From Candidatus Heimdallarchaeota archaeon (lineage in GTDB: Archaea; Asgardarchaeota; Heimdallarchaeia; Hodarchaeales; Hodarchaeaceae): 64,000 bases of DNA. This document shows positions 19,814-29,245 of this stretch, piece after piece (the stretch's first letter is position 1; each line of letters opens with the position of its first letter). The notes beneath the pieces were generated by a model that worked only from the letters and a program-made list of their open reading frames with translations, was not told where the DNA came from and did not search any database. The translations under genes and the position numbers were made by a program. The stretch is from positions 1,170,660 through 1,234,659 of the forward strand of contig CP070695.1 in NCBI GenBank assembly GCA_020353515.1. The letters run 5' to 3'.

Positions 19814-22600
19814 TTGGACTTAGAAGACAAGCATATTTATTTTGTAATGTCACCCCACATAAATTACTACCATTCCTATCGGGGAGATTCAATAGGAACG
19901 GATGGATTCGGCCTTGATTTGAGAATAATGCAGAGGATTTTAGATACAATTCATGATTGCGAAGCAGAAGGATTTTGTGATGGAAATGTAAGGATTTCTT
20001 GGGATTATAGTGACTTATATTGGTCCATTCAACTCCAACGAAAATTTCAACCTGAAATTCTAGATCAAGTTATAAATAGAGTCAAGCAGAGAAAAGATGA
20101 AGTAATTATCGGGAGCTGGGGGAATAATGCACTTTCAATTTTGGATACTGAAGGATTTCTTCAACAATGTCAGTGGAACATGGAAAATTCCATGGGAATC
20201 GGTCTGAATCAATTATTTGCTGGCCGTATTGCACCTTATATACGTGTACAAGAAACAATGTTTACACAAGGCATGATTGAGCTATTAAATCAAGTTGATA
20301 TCCAAGGTATTCTCAATTATTACGCTGTAATTCCATTTGATACCGCACGTCCCCTCATTAACCCCCGCTTAGACTGGAACCAACGTTATGGGCTAGTAAA
20401 TTTCAAGTCAACAGTTTCAGATCAAAGTTTTCTAATGATTCCAATGTATGGTTTCGGAGATATAATTGACCATTTATCAATTGAGAAGTGGTTTAAGTTC
20501 ATTCGTGGAAGACAAAAGTCAGGTGACATCGAAGGACATGCTTTAGTTGTATTAAATCATGATATGGATAGTCCTGCATGGAAAGGAACTACTGTACCTC
20601 GTTTTATGAACTGGATGCCAAATACAGGAGGAATATGGGAAATAATCAAAACAGTAGACAAGTTGGAATATGTAAAATTAGTAAATTTATTAGATATTGT
20701 CCCCAAACTTAAGGTTCACGGATCTTGCACTATTAAACAAGATATAGCTGACGGTTGTTGGTGTGGGTATTATAATTGGGCGCAAAAGTATAGTAATACT
20801 CAATATTGGACAATAGGGCAACGTGCACGTTGGTTAAAATGTAGTACTGATACTTTAGTATCCCATAAGATTTCACAATCAAGTATCGCAGATATTAATA
20901 AATTTTTACGAAATACCGATGATTCGGTCAATAGTTATGTGAAAAATACTGTTCTCTTCTCTTCAACGACACATTTTGGTATGTCAATGCCTTTTCAGCA
21001 CCCTCATCGTCAAAAAACAGCTCTTAAATATGCTATCGAGGCATATAAGTTAGCAGAAAAGGCTTTAGGCTTAGCTTTGGATGGTGCGCTGCAATCAGAG
21101 TGGAAAACTGCTAATGAAGGCATCGATATGTATATTCTCCCCATTCAGGTACGAGGGATAACAGAAAAAGAAAGAAAGTCTGTTGAGTCGTCCATACTAA
21201 TCAGAACAGATGTACCAAAGGAGTTCGGAAATAAAATCTCCATAAATTCTCCAGAAGTTCCTTTATATCTTGAATATTCAGATAACCAAAAATCACATCC
21301 CTTAGAAGCAATTATACCTCCTTCTGTTTTTAAGGAAATAGGATATACTAAACTCAACTTAGAGTTCGGCGAAAAAAAACTATCTAGTTTACCGAGTGAT
21401 GATGAACTAAGGGCATCTCCTAGAGTTCTGAAGAATAGATTTGTGACGATAGTATTCAATGATCAAGGAAAGATTCAATCTTTCATCTTTAATGGGATGG
21501 AATTCAGTTCAAAGAATTTTCTAGATTCAGCAATTGTCTTTGGTAAACCGAAAAATCCAACGAGATATAACTCATCTTTTGATGAAATTGAAGTCATACA
21601 GGATGGAACTAATAACTTCTCAGCTTCGGTAAAGATAAACAGTTTGTTTCAAATGTTTGACGGAGTAGAAGTCAAAGCAGAAAAAATTCTAAAAGTCTAT
21701 ACGAATATTCCTCATGTATTTCTCAAAGTTCGGATGATGATTCCTAATATTAAAGGAACCTCTTCAAGTGATAGTAATATATATGGAGTAAAAACTAAAT
21801 ATGATGATCGTTGGCAAGAAATTATCCCGTGTGAAATTCGATCAAGCATTATTGGTAAAAATGGGGGCTATTTGAAGATTTGGAAGCATAACTTTCTTGG
21901 CCACACTACATATTTTGACTTAGATATGGTTGAGGTCGATCCGAAAAACGCAGATATTGATTGTTTAGTATCAAATATCTCGGATGGATGGATGGCGGTT
22001 TCAAATGGAGAACAAGGCTTACTAGTTGCCTTCAACTCACTGAAGGCTGCCAACTTCGCTTTCACACCAATAAAAATCCGCAACAAAGGATTTGGTGATC
22101 TAAAAAATGTTCAAAAAGGACAACAAGTTCGGATTAATCCATTTGGTACGTATTTTGGAAAGATGCTGCATCATTGGACGCATGGGACTGGCCATGCTCA
22201 ACAGATCATCCCCAGCTATTCAAGTACATTCAAATCGACAGCTCCAACATTCTCTGGAAAAACTCTAGAGTTTGAACTCATGATAACACCTTATCATGGT
22301 GACAAACCCTCAAAAGAACTTCAATCATCAGCAAATCATTTTTCTTTTTCTCCTCTGATTATATTCAAAGATCCGAGTACAGGGAATGTTTACGATAATT
22401 ATTCTCAGTTTACTCAAGAAATTGAGAGTATTATGGAAGAATATGGCCTTGAAGAGATCTTGGATAAGTCTTATCTTGAATGGGTTGATATTGTTAATCA
22501 AGAGGAAGATAAACTTGAAGATAAAGAACGAGATGACACTAATATAAGGTTCAGGCATCTTCTAATATTTCTGATAGATGGGATTAGAAGTAAAATTTAA
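19814..22600 (+). CDS. Large GH38/GH57-like glycoside hydrolase/deacetylase-barrel protein
   Basis: N-terminal PHINYYHSYRGD, SWD, ETMFT, HDMDS; C-terminal LKNRFVTIVF..GKIQSF beta-sandwich as in GH38. Family assigned by resemblance only. Confidence 0.55.
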   Translation: MDLEDKHIYFVMSPHINYYHSYRGDSIGTDGFGLDLRIMQRILDTIHDCEAEGFCDGNVRISWDYSDLYWSIQLQRKFQPEILDQVINRVKQRKDEVIIGSWGNNALSILDTEGFLQQCQWNMENSMGIGLNQLFAGRIAPYIRVQETMFTQGMIELLNQVDIQGILNYYAVIPFDTARPLINPRLDWNQRYGLVNFKSTVSDQSFLMIPMYGFGDIIDHLSIEKWFKFIRGRQKSGDIEGHALVVLNHDMDSPAWKGTTVPRFMNWMPNTGGIWEIIKTVDKLEYVKLVNLLDIVPKLKVHGSCTIKQDIADGCWCGYYNWAQKYSNTQYWTIGQRARWLKCSTDTLVSHKISQSSIADINKFLRNTDDSVNSYVKNTVLFSSTTHFGMSMPFQHPHRQKTALKYAIEAYKLAEKALGLALDGALQSEWKTANEGIDMYILPIQVRGITEKERKSVESSILIRTDVPKEFGNKISINSPEVPLYLEYSDNQKSHPLEAIIPPSVFKEIGYTKLNLEFGEKKLSSLPSDDELRASPRVLKNRFVTIVFNDQGKIQSFIFNGMEFSSKNFLDSAIVFGKPKNPTRYNSSFDEIEVIQDGTNNFSASVKINSLFQMFDGVEVKAEKILKVYTNIPHVFLKVRMMIPNIKGTSSSDSNIYGVKTKYDDRWQEIIPCEIRSSIIGKNGGYLKIWKHNFLGHTTYFDLDMVEVDPKNADIDCLVSNISDGWMAVSNGEQGLLVAFNSLKAANFAFTPIKIRNKGFGDLKNVQKGQQVRINPFGTYFGKMLHHWTHGTGHAQQIIPSYSSTFKSTAPTFSGKTLEFELMITPYHGDKPSKELQSSANHFSFSPLIIFKDPSTGNVYDNYSQFTQEIESIMEEYGLEEILDKSYLEWVDIVNQEEDKLEDKERDDTNIRFRHLLIFLIDGIRSKI

Positions 22601-22653
22601 AATATCAGACTAACGAAAAAAACCCTGAATTAGATTACATTTGATGAGATTTA

Positions 22654-23055
22654 ATGAGTAGTGATAATGTTTGTCTTGATTGCATTGGAAAGGATGGCAA
22701 TGATTGCTGTATTGATGTTTACATCATCCTCAATCCAGAGGAAATTCATCTTTTCAAGAAACATAAAGAAGGATTTATTGAAGTCAAAGATGGAGGATTA
22801 TTCTACACAACCAAAGGATGTCCCTATTTCGAGGAAAATCATTGTCAAATTCAATTAAAGAAACCTCTATATTGCAAATATTACCCAGTCTTTATTACTG
22901 GAAAGCCTTTTATCCATGATGAATGCTCAATTAACAGTAACTACAAGCTAACGGCCTCTCTGAGAAAAGAAGTAGTCGAATTACAGCAAATTTATCCAAT
23001 ATATAAGCGAGATTGGTATTGGGAAGAAGTTAAAAGGGAGCTACAACTCCAATAG
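22654..23055 (+). CDS. YkgJ-family (CxxCxxCC) cysteine-cluster protein
   Basis: CLDC..CC, GCPYF, CQI..KPLYCKYYP. Confidence 0.8.
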   Translation: MSSDNVCLDCIGKDGNDCCIDVYIILNPEEIHLFKKHKEGFIEVKDGGLFYTTKGCPYFEENHCQIQLKKPLYCKYYPVFITGKPFIHDECSINSNYKLTASLRKEVVELQQIYPIYKRDWYWEEVKRELQLQ

Positions 23056-23061
23056 ACTGTC

Positions 23062-24726
23062 CTACTTACTTGTATAGATCTCTTTATACTTCATCCGTAT
23101 AGCTTTCTTGTCTATCTTCCCTACACTTGTTTTTAATATATTTGTAACATAAAGAATCTCATCAGGTAATTGCCATTTAACAAATTTTTCAGCGAGGTAT
23201 TTTCTGATTTCATCTTGGGTTACCTTTGTTTTGAATTCATCTCTTAAGACCACTAACGCTAAAGGTCGCTCTTCCCATTTGGGGTGCGGACATCCAACAA
23301 CTGCAGCTTCAAGAATTGGAGGATACGAGATTAAGGCGTTCTCCATATCTACAGAAGATATCCATTCCCCTCCACTCTTAATTAAGTCTTTAAGCCTGTC
23401 TGTAATTTTTAAATACCCCTCTGGACTGATAGTTCCAACGTCACCACTTCTGAAGTATCCCTCATCAGAGAATTGAGCCTCAGATTCAGGAGCATTATAG
23501 TAACTTCCAGAAACCCAAGGCCCACGAAGAAGAACTTCTCCTGCTGATTCACCATCGTGGGGAAGTTCCCTCCCATTTTCATCCACTATTTTAATATCAA
23601 GTCCTACTACAATATACCCTTGCTTTCTCTTGAAATCCCATTTATCTTCCTCTGAGAATCCTTTTTCTAAAATTGGGATTACTCGATTCAAGGTTACAAT
23701 TGCATGAGCTTCAGTCGAACCGTATGAATGAATGATTTCAGCACCAGTTAAATCCATATAATCCTTCATCATTGCAACAGGAGGTTCTGAAGCTCCTGAA
23801 ATAATCCGCACTCCGGTTAAATCAGGTTTTGGCTCCATTTTCCTGATATATTCTAACATTGGCATCAATATAGCGGGAGCTCCATTAGCCATTGTTACCT
23901 TTTCCTCAACTAGAAGCGTCGTAAGGTCTTCTAGATTCTTTAAACTGTACCTACCAGGAAAAACTAGTTTAGCTCCAACTATAGTGGCAGCGTAAGGAGT
24001 TCCCCATCCAAGAACATGAAACATTGGTACGAGTTGAAAAACCGTGTCTTTTATCGAAATCGAAGCATTAGCGGCATACATCAAGGCTTGGAGATAAACA
24101 TCGCGATGGGAATAATAGACTCCTTTCGGTCTTCCTGTTGTCCCACTAGTGTAACAAGCAGAATAAGCGGAGGTTTCTTCGATGATAGGCCAATCGTAAT
24201 CAGGAGACGCTTCCCCTAACATCTCTTCGTAGCTGTAAATCGGTTCTAGGGAGGTTGAAATATCACTCAATGGTTTATCAGTGATGATTACATATCCTTT
24301 GACGGTCTTACAAAAAGGTGCAATCGCTTCAGCTACATGAAGCAAATTTTCGTCTACAAAGATGAATTTTGCCTCCGCATGGTTTACTACATAACTCAAT
24401 TCTTGTTGAGAGAGGCGTAAATTCAACAGAAGCATAACAGCTCCAGTACCAGGTAAACCATAATAAATTTCAAAGTGACGGTAAGTATTCCACTCAAGAA
24501 CACCAATTTTCTCACCCACCTCTATTCTTAAAGACACTAGAGAGTTTGCCAACCTTTTAATACGCTCATATGCTTCCTTATATGTGTAACGAAATAAACT
24601 TCCATCATGTTTCCTGCTGACAATTTCCTGCTTTCCAAAGCTCCGTGCTGCATGTTTAAGAAGAGTTGTTACATTTAATTGATAATTGGTCTGTGATGTA
24701 GCTGAAAATCCCTTAACGATCTCCAT
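23062..24726 (-). CDS. Medium/long-chain acyl-CoA ligase (AlkK/DmdB-like)
   Basis: YTSGTTGRPKG, VPMFHVLGWG, SYGSTE, DRLKDLIKSGGEWISS, KWEERP, VGKIDK. ATG 24726 with AAGGAG SD. Confidence 0.92.
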   Translation of the reverse strand: MEIVKGFSATSQTNYQLNVTTLLKHAARSFGKQEIVSRKHDGSLFRYTYKEAYERIKRLANSLVSLRIEVGEKIGVLEWNTYRHFEIYYGLPGTGAVMLLLNLRLSQQELSYVVNHAEAKFIFVDENLLHVAEAIAPFCKTVKGYVIITDKPLSDISTSLEPIYSYEEMLGEASPDYDWPIIEETSAYSACYTSGTTGRPKGVYYSHRDVYLQALMYAANASISIKDTVFQLVPMFHVLGWGTPYAATIVGAKLVFPGRYSLKNLEDLTTLLVEEKVTMANGAPAILMPMLEYIRKMEPKPDLTGVRIISGASEPPVAMMKDYMDLTGAEIIHSYGSTEAHAIVTLNRVIPILEKGFSEEDKWDFKRKQGYIVVGLDIKIVDENGRELPHDGESAGEVLLRGPWVSGSYYNAPESEAQFSDEGYFRSGDVGTISPEGYLKITDRLKDLIKSGGEWISSVDMENALISYPPILEAAVVGCPHPKWEERPLALVVLRDEFKTKVTQDEIRKYLAEKFVKWQLPDEILYVTNILKTSVGKIDKKAIRMKYKEIYTSK

Positions 24727-24864
24727 TGTACTTTCTCCTTTCTTATTAATAAGTGAATGAATCTCCATCTATTTAGGTTTTAACTTCAAATGATTAGAAA
24801 TATAAAATTAAAGCTGAAAATCTGAATAGGATTAGACTCACAGAATTACTTAATGTGAAAAGAC

Positions 24865-25842
24865 ATGGGAATTATCACATCAACAACAGAAATCATGGCT
24901 TATATTTTATTCTTTATAGTTATCTCTATATTAAGTTTCAGAAGGGATTTTCACTCTGTCGCTCAAGTCTTAAGCGGGAGTTTATTTGGAGTGACTCTTG
25001 AGTACATGAATATCCAAGTTATGCAAACATATATTTATTCCTCTCAATTCCTTCTCCAACTTGGGTCTCCTCCTGATAATATTCCAATATGTATCGGATT
25101 GTGCTGGGGACTAATAATTTATGCGTGTATGAATGTCTCAAACAAAATAATTGAGATTCCAGAATGGTTGAAACCTCTATTGGATGGCCTTTTGGCATTA
25201 ACTATTGATCTATCTATGGATACAATAGCTATCCGCCTAGACGGAGGCTTTTGGACTTGGTTAGAAATCCCTATGGAGAATCTCCCGACTTTGAATAGTT
25301 TTTTCGGAGTAAATTATGGGAACTTTGTAGGATGGTTCTTTGTTGTGTTAATTTTTTCGACAATGTTAAGGATTGAAGAAAAATGGATAGCAAAGAAATT
25401 CAGTAGATCAGTAATTTTAGTATTATATTTTCTCATTATTCCATTCTTTTCATACATCCCCTTATTTCTATCATTTCATACACTCCCTCTCCCAGTGTTT
25501 ATTATTTTTAATATTCTAGGTTTCAATGGTGAATCTACAAATTTAATGGAACTAGCGATACTTGTATATATAATGACCTTGGTCAGTATAATATTTTTCA
25601 TAGCTTTAATCCGTTCAAAACCTAAATTAGAAAAAGATGCCGATTTATTGTCATTGACTATTTTTATGTTCTTTCATTTAAGCTACTTGGGTTTTTATTT
25701 ACTAGATGGATTATTTGAAGAAACACCTTTGATTCTTCTTATAGCAAGTCTTATGTTTACTATTGATGCAATGATTCACTACAGTATTCTCGACAAGAAA
25801 AGGTTAAGCCTCCAAATTGAAAAACTGAAAAAGGCATTATAA
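24865..25842 (+). CDS. CruF/DUF422-like membrane protein (carotenoid hydratase family)
   Basis: LEY..Y.YS, IPICIGLCW, IDLSMDTIA..FWTW, FFGVNYGNFVGWF; multi-TM. Confidence 0.75.
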   Translation: MGIITSTTEIMAYILFFIVISILSFRRDFHSVAQVLSGSLFGVTLEYMNIQVMQTYIYSSQFLLQLGSPPDNIPICIGLCWGLIIYACMNVSNKIIEIPEWLKPLLDGLLALTIDLSMDTIAIRLDGGFWTWLEIPMENLPTLNSFFGVNYGNFVGWFFVVLIFSTMLRIEEKWIAKKFSRSVILVLYFLIIPFFSYIPLFLSFHTLPLPVFIIFNILGFNGESTNLMELAILVYIMTLVSIIFFIALIRSKPKLEKDADLLSLTIFMFFHLSYLGFYLLDGLFEETPLILLIASLMFTIDAMIHYSILDKKRLSLQIEKLKKAL

Positions 25843-26096
25843 AGTTAATAATTCACTACTAAAACATATGAAATAACTAAATATCTTACTTAATAGTTAT
25901 ATAAAGAAACTAAACATAATTTAGCGGGTTTAAAAATACTTAATAACACTCAGTTTACAAGTCGAAGTGATGGACGGATCATAATATTAGACACACACGA
26001 ATTCTTCCAATCATGAATGGAACAATAAAACTGATTGATATTAATGAAAATCACTCTTAAATGAGTTATCTACCTGAATATCAAGAGGTTATATGA

Positions 26097-26924
26097 ATGA
26101 AATTTTCAATGAGAGAAAAAAGAAAGAAAGTTGATTCATTGAAAAAGGATTTCATAGGTAGAGATGTTTCAGAGATCATTCTACTTTCTTTTGATGAATT
26201 TGGAGAAGATTTAGCTATGACTACTGCTTTTGGTTATAGTGGTGTCGTATTGATGAGCTTTATCAAAGAAACGGTGCCTGATCTTCCAATATATTTCATT
26301 GACACACGTCTTCACTTTCAAGAGACTATTGATCTCATGAATAAGATAAAAAACGAATGGAAACTAAATATTCATCATTTGTATCCTAATTTTAGCGATG
26401 AGGAGTTAGATCGCATAATTGGTAAAAAGGCATATAGCACAAATCCGGATATATGTTGCCATTATAGAAAAGTTATGCCCCTTCTTAAAATTCTTGAGAC
26501 TAAGAGTGCGTGGTTAAGCGCTATAAGAAGAGATCAATTCAGAACACGTGCAAGAATAGAAGTTATTGAGATAGATGGTCGTGGGATGATTAAGATCAAT
26601 CCAATGTGGGATTGGACAAAAAATAAGGTCTGGTTCTATGTGAAAACCCATAATCTTCCGTACAATCCTCTTCATGACAAGAATTTTCCAAGTATTGGTT
26701 GCAAACCTTGCACATCACAGATAAAAGAGGGAGAGGATGAGAGAAAGGGGCGATGGAAGGGATTAGAGAAAAAAGAATGTGGTATCCACATATCAGAGAG
26801 TAGTGAACAATTTATACGAGAAATGGCTACAACAATTGACTTTACTTCCTTCCCAACAACAATGAAGTCTAATAACAGTGAAAAATCCAACATAAGCAGA
26901 GGGAAAACGGCAAATAAAAAGTGA
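26097..26924 (+). CDS. cysH: Adenylyl-/phosphoadenylyl-sulfate reductase, 4Fe-4S type
   Basis: TAFG, FIDTRLHFQET, CCHYRK, SIGCKPCT, ERKGRW, KECGIH. Confidence 0.93.
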   Translation: MKFSMREKRKKVDSLKKDFIGRDVSEIILLSFDEFGEDLAMTTAFGYSGVVLMSFIKETVPDLPIYFIDTRLHFQETIDLMNKIKNEWKLNIHHLYPNFSDEELDRIIGKKAYSTNPDICCHYRKVMPLLKILETKSAWLSAIRRDQFRTRARIEVIEIDGRGMIKINPMWDWTKNKVWFYVKTHNLPYNPLHDKNFPSIGCKPCTSQIKEGEDERKGRWKGLEKKECGIHISESSEQFIREMATTIDFTSFPTTMKSNNSEKSNISRGKTANKK

Positions 26925-26933
26925 AATTAATAA

Positions 26934-27701
26934 TTAAATTTCACTAGGATCATGAAATGTCAATAGGGTGTCTCCACGTAATCCTAGACGTAATGTTTCT
27001 ACAGGAATTATTTCAGCAGGAGCGATATTACCCAAATTGACATTTGGACCGAATTTTTTTATGAACCAGACCTGTTGTGCCTTCTGTGGAGCCTCCCAAA
27101 TAATTCTTTGATAGTCGATTGCATCAACAATCTCATCTACGAGACCAGTCCGAATTTCAGAGCTTCTCCGATAGAGACCTGATGTTCCTGTTTCTCTTCC
27201 TTCAGCGATCACCTTCCAAGCTCCAGCATCAAGCTCCATAATCATTCCTAACACCCACTCTTTGGGTGCAACAATTGTGGCAGCATCTTTACTCCCAAAC
27301 TCTGATAAAACAGTAAAATCTTTGGAGAACTCTTTAATAAAATCTAGCTTCTCAGATATGGTTAATGTAATTGTACCATCAGAAATTTCCATATATTTTA
27401 TTCCCAATTCTTTCATCCATTTCTTAAACTCATCAATCTTTCCTTCAGCGTACGCTACCTCAAAGAGAGTCCCACCGAATGTAACAGGGATCTTATGCTT
27501 ATGATATAATTCAATTTTTTCTTCGAGATGAGGAACAATTACTCCTAATCCCCATCCGACTTTAACTATATCAATATAATAAGCACAGGTACTAAGCATA
27601 TCTTCTTGTGTTGTGAGTCCAAACCCCTTATCTAAAACATGAGTTAATCCGATTTCTCTTGGTTTTTTAGCCCTTTCAGGAAGATTGAGTATTTTTTTCA
27701 T
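26934..27701 (-). CDS. comA: Phosphosulfolactate synthase
   Basis: KPREIGLTHVLDKG, DIVKVGWG, GGTLFE, EISDG, SEFGSK, EGRETG, WEAP, NVNLGNI, ETLRLGLRGDT. Confidence 0.96.
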   Translation of the reverse strand: MKKILNLPERAKKPREIGLTHVLDKGFGLTTQEDMLSTCAYYIDIVKVGWGLGVIVPHLEEKIELYHKHKIPVTFGGTLFEVAYAEGKIDEFKKWMKELGIKYMEISDGTITLTISEKLDFIKEFSKDFTVLSEFGSKDAATIVAPKEWVLGMIMELDAGAWKVIAEGRETGTSGLYRRSSEIRTGLVDEIVDAIDYQRIIWEAPQKAQQVWFIKKFGPNVNLGNIAPAEIIPVETLRLGLRGDTLLTFHDPSEI

Positions 27702-29224
27702 GATTCACCAACTTCTATCTTACCTTTTGCGACCAAAATCAGGTTATCAAGTTGTTTTAATGAACGTTCTTCACAACCGTCCCTCCATACAGATATCCCT
27801 TTGAGGGTTTTCCTACATTCCATAACCATTTCTTGGACACGTACTTTCGCAGCACCACCAAGTCCTTGTCTTGTTTCTATAATAGCTATTGGGTCGAGTA
27901 TTGAGTCAAGTTGTGGTTGTGTCAGATCAAGTTTTTTCTGAAGAACTTGGTTCGCAGCTCCATCAACAATCTCGGGAGTCAATATAAAACGTTTTTCGTT
28001 CTTCTGGATAGCTTCTCGTACTAGAATACCAACAATTTGATGAGCAGAACGATAATCAACTTTTCTTTCTTGCATAATGAGGTCAGCAAGATCTGTTGCC
28101 TGGGAGAACCCTTCTATGGCTTGTCGTGACATATTATCAGTATTAAACTTAATTTCTGCAACAAGAGAAGCCATAAGATCTATTCCCTTTGAAGCTTGTT
28201 CAAGAATTCTGGGTAATTTACCATAAACAAATATTCGAGAATCTGGATTCCCTGATGAAGTCTTTGCTACTCCTGCAATACTCGAAACAACCCCTATCAT
28301 ATCTCCTGTTAGTCCACGAATATATGTAAGTGGATAAGGATTTTTCTTTTGAGGCATGATGACACTTGCTCTACAAAATCGATCTGGAAGATCAATAAAA
28401 TCAAATTCTGTTGTACTCCAAATTTGTAGCTCTTCGGATAAACGATTTACATTTATTAAGAGAGCTAAGAGATTCGATACAGTTTCAATTGGAATATCTG
28501 GTTGCCACATTGCATCCCTTGTATGCTGCGTTATTTCATCAAACCCAAGCAATTCTTTAAGACGTAAGCGGTTAAGAGGGAGTCGCGATCCGTTTACACT
28601 TCCTGATCCAGCTGGACAGGAGTTGATCCTCTTATAAGTTGCTCTAAATCTATCCAAATCCCTTAATGCAGGATACACGAATGTTAACAAGTAGTGTCCT
28701 AAAGATGTTGGTTGCGCATGTTGTAAGTATGTAAAATCAGGCATTATGGTATCTAAATGATTCTGAGCTTGATTCAAAAATTCATCTATTAACCGAATAA
28801 AGATTCTAATAAACTTTAAGACCAATTTTCTCAGATAAAGTAAGTATCCAATGTTAATTGCTTCACGGCGAGGACGCCCTGCATGCATCCAACCTGCAAT
28901 GTGACCAATTTTTTCTTCCAGTAATCCAGCACGGACGTTATAAATGTCTCCTAACTCTACTCGTAGAGGAATATCGTTAATGTTAGTTTCCTGAAATTCA
29001 AGTAAAGCTTCAAGGAGAGTTTTTCCTTCGCTAAAAGGGATGATTCCTTCCTCTATCAACATCAATACATGAGCGATATCAGCTAATCCTATTTCATGGA
29101 AAAATATCATCTCTTCCTCACATTCAAAAGTGTAAGCGGATTTAATTAACTCCTTTGCTGCAGATGTTTTAAGTCGTCCTCCCTTTCCATAATATTCTGC
29201 AGATTCTCTGCTGTTTTTTGACAT
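27698..29224 (-). CDS. Aspartase/fumarase-superfamily lyase (ArgH fold), XcbC-like phosphosulfolactate phospho-lyase candidate
   Basis: MPQKKNP signature and ArgH C-terminal features (ATDLAD, YRSAHQIVG), but HAGRPRRE, FTYLQHAQP and ASVIMPQKKNPYPLT deviate from ArgH. ATGA overlap with comA. Confidence 0.8.
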   Translation of the reverse strand: MSKNSRESAEYYGKGGRLKTSAAKELIKSAYTFECEEEMIFFHEIGLADIAHVLMLIEEGIIPFSEGKTLLEALLEFQETNINDIPLRVELGDIYNVRAGLLEEKIGHIAGWMHAGRPRREAINIGYLLYLRKLVLKFIRIFIRLIDEFLNQAQNHLDTIMPDFTYLQHAQPTSLGHYLLTFVYPALRDLDRFRATYKRINSCPAGSGSVNGSRLPLNRLRLKELLGFDEITQHTRDAMWQPDIPIETVSNLLALLINVNRLSEELQIWSTTEFDFIDLPDRFCRASVIMPQKKNPYPLTYIRGLTGDMIGVVSSIAGVAKTSSGNPDSRIFVYGKLPRILEQASKGIDLMASLVAEIKFNTDNMSRQAIEGFSQATDLADLIMQERKVDYRSAHQIVGILVREAIQKNEKRFILTPEIVDGAANQVLQKKLDLTQPQLDSILDPIAIIETRQGLGGAAKVRVQEMVMECRKTLKGISVWRDGCEERSLKQLDNLILVAKGKIEVGES

Positions 29225-29245
29225 TCTAAATCAGCTCATTCGATA

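Noticed and set aside
26934-29224. Complete coenzyme M biosynthesis or an arginine-biosynthesis argH
   Set aside because: comBCDE and xcbD/E are absent from the window, no arg genes are adjacent, and the lyase lacks ArgH catalytic residues.
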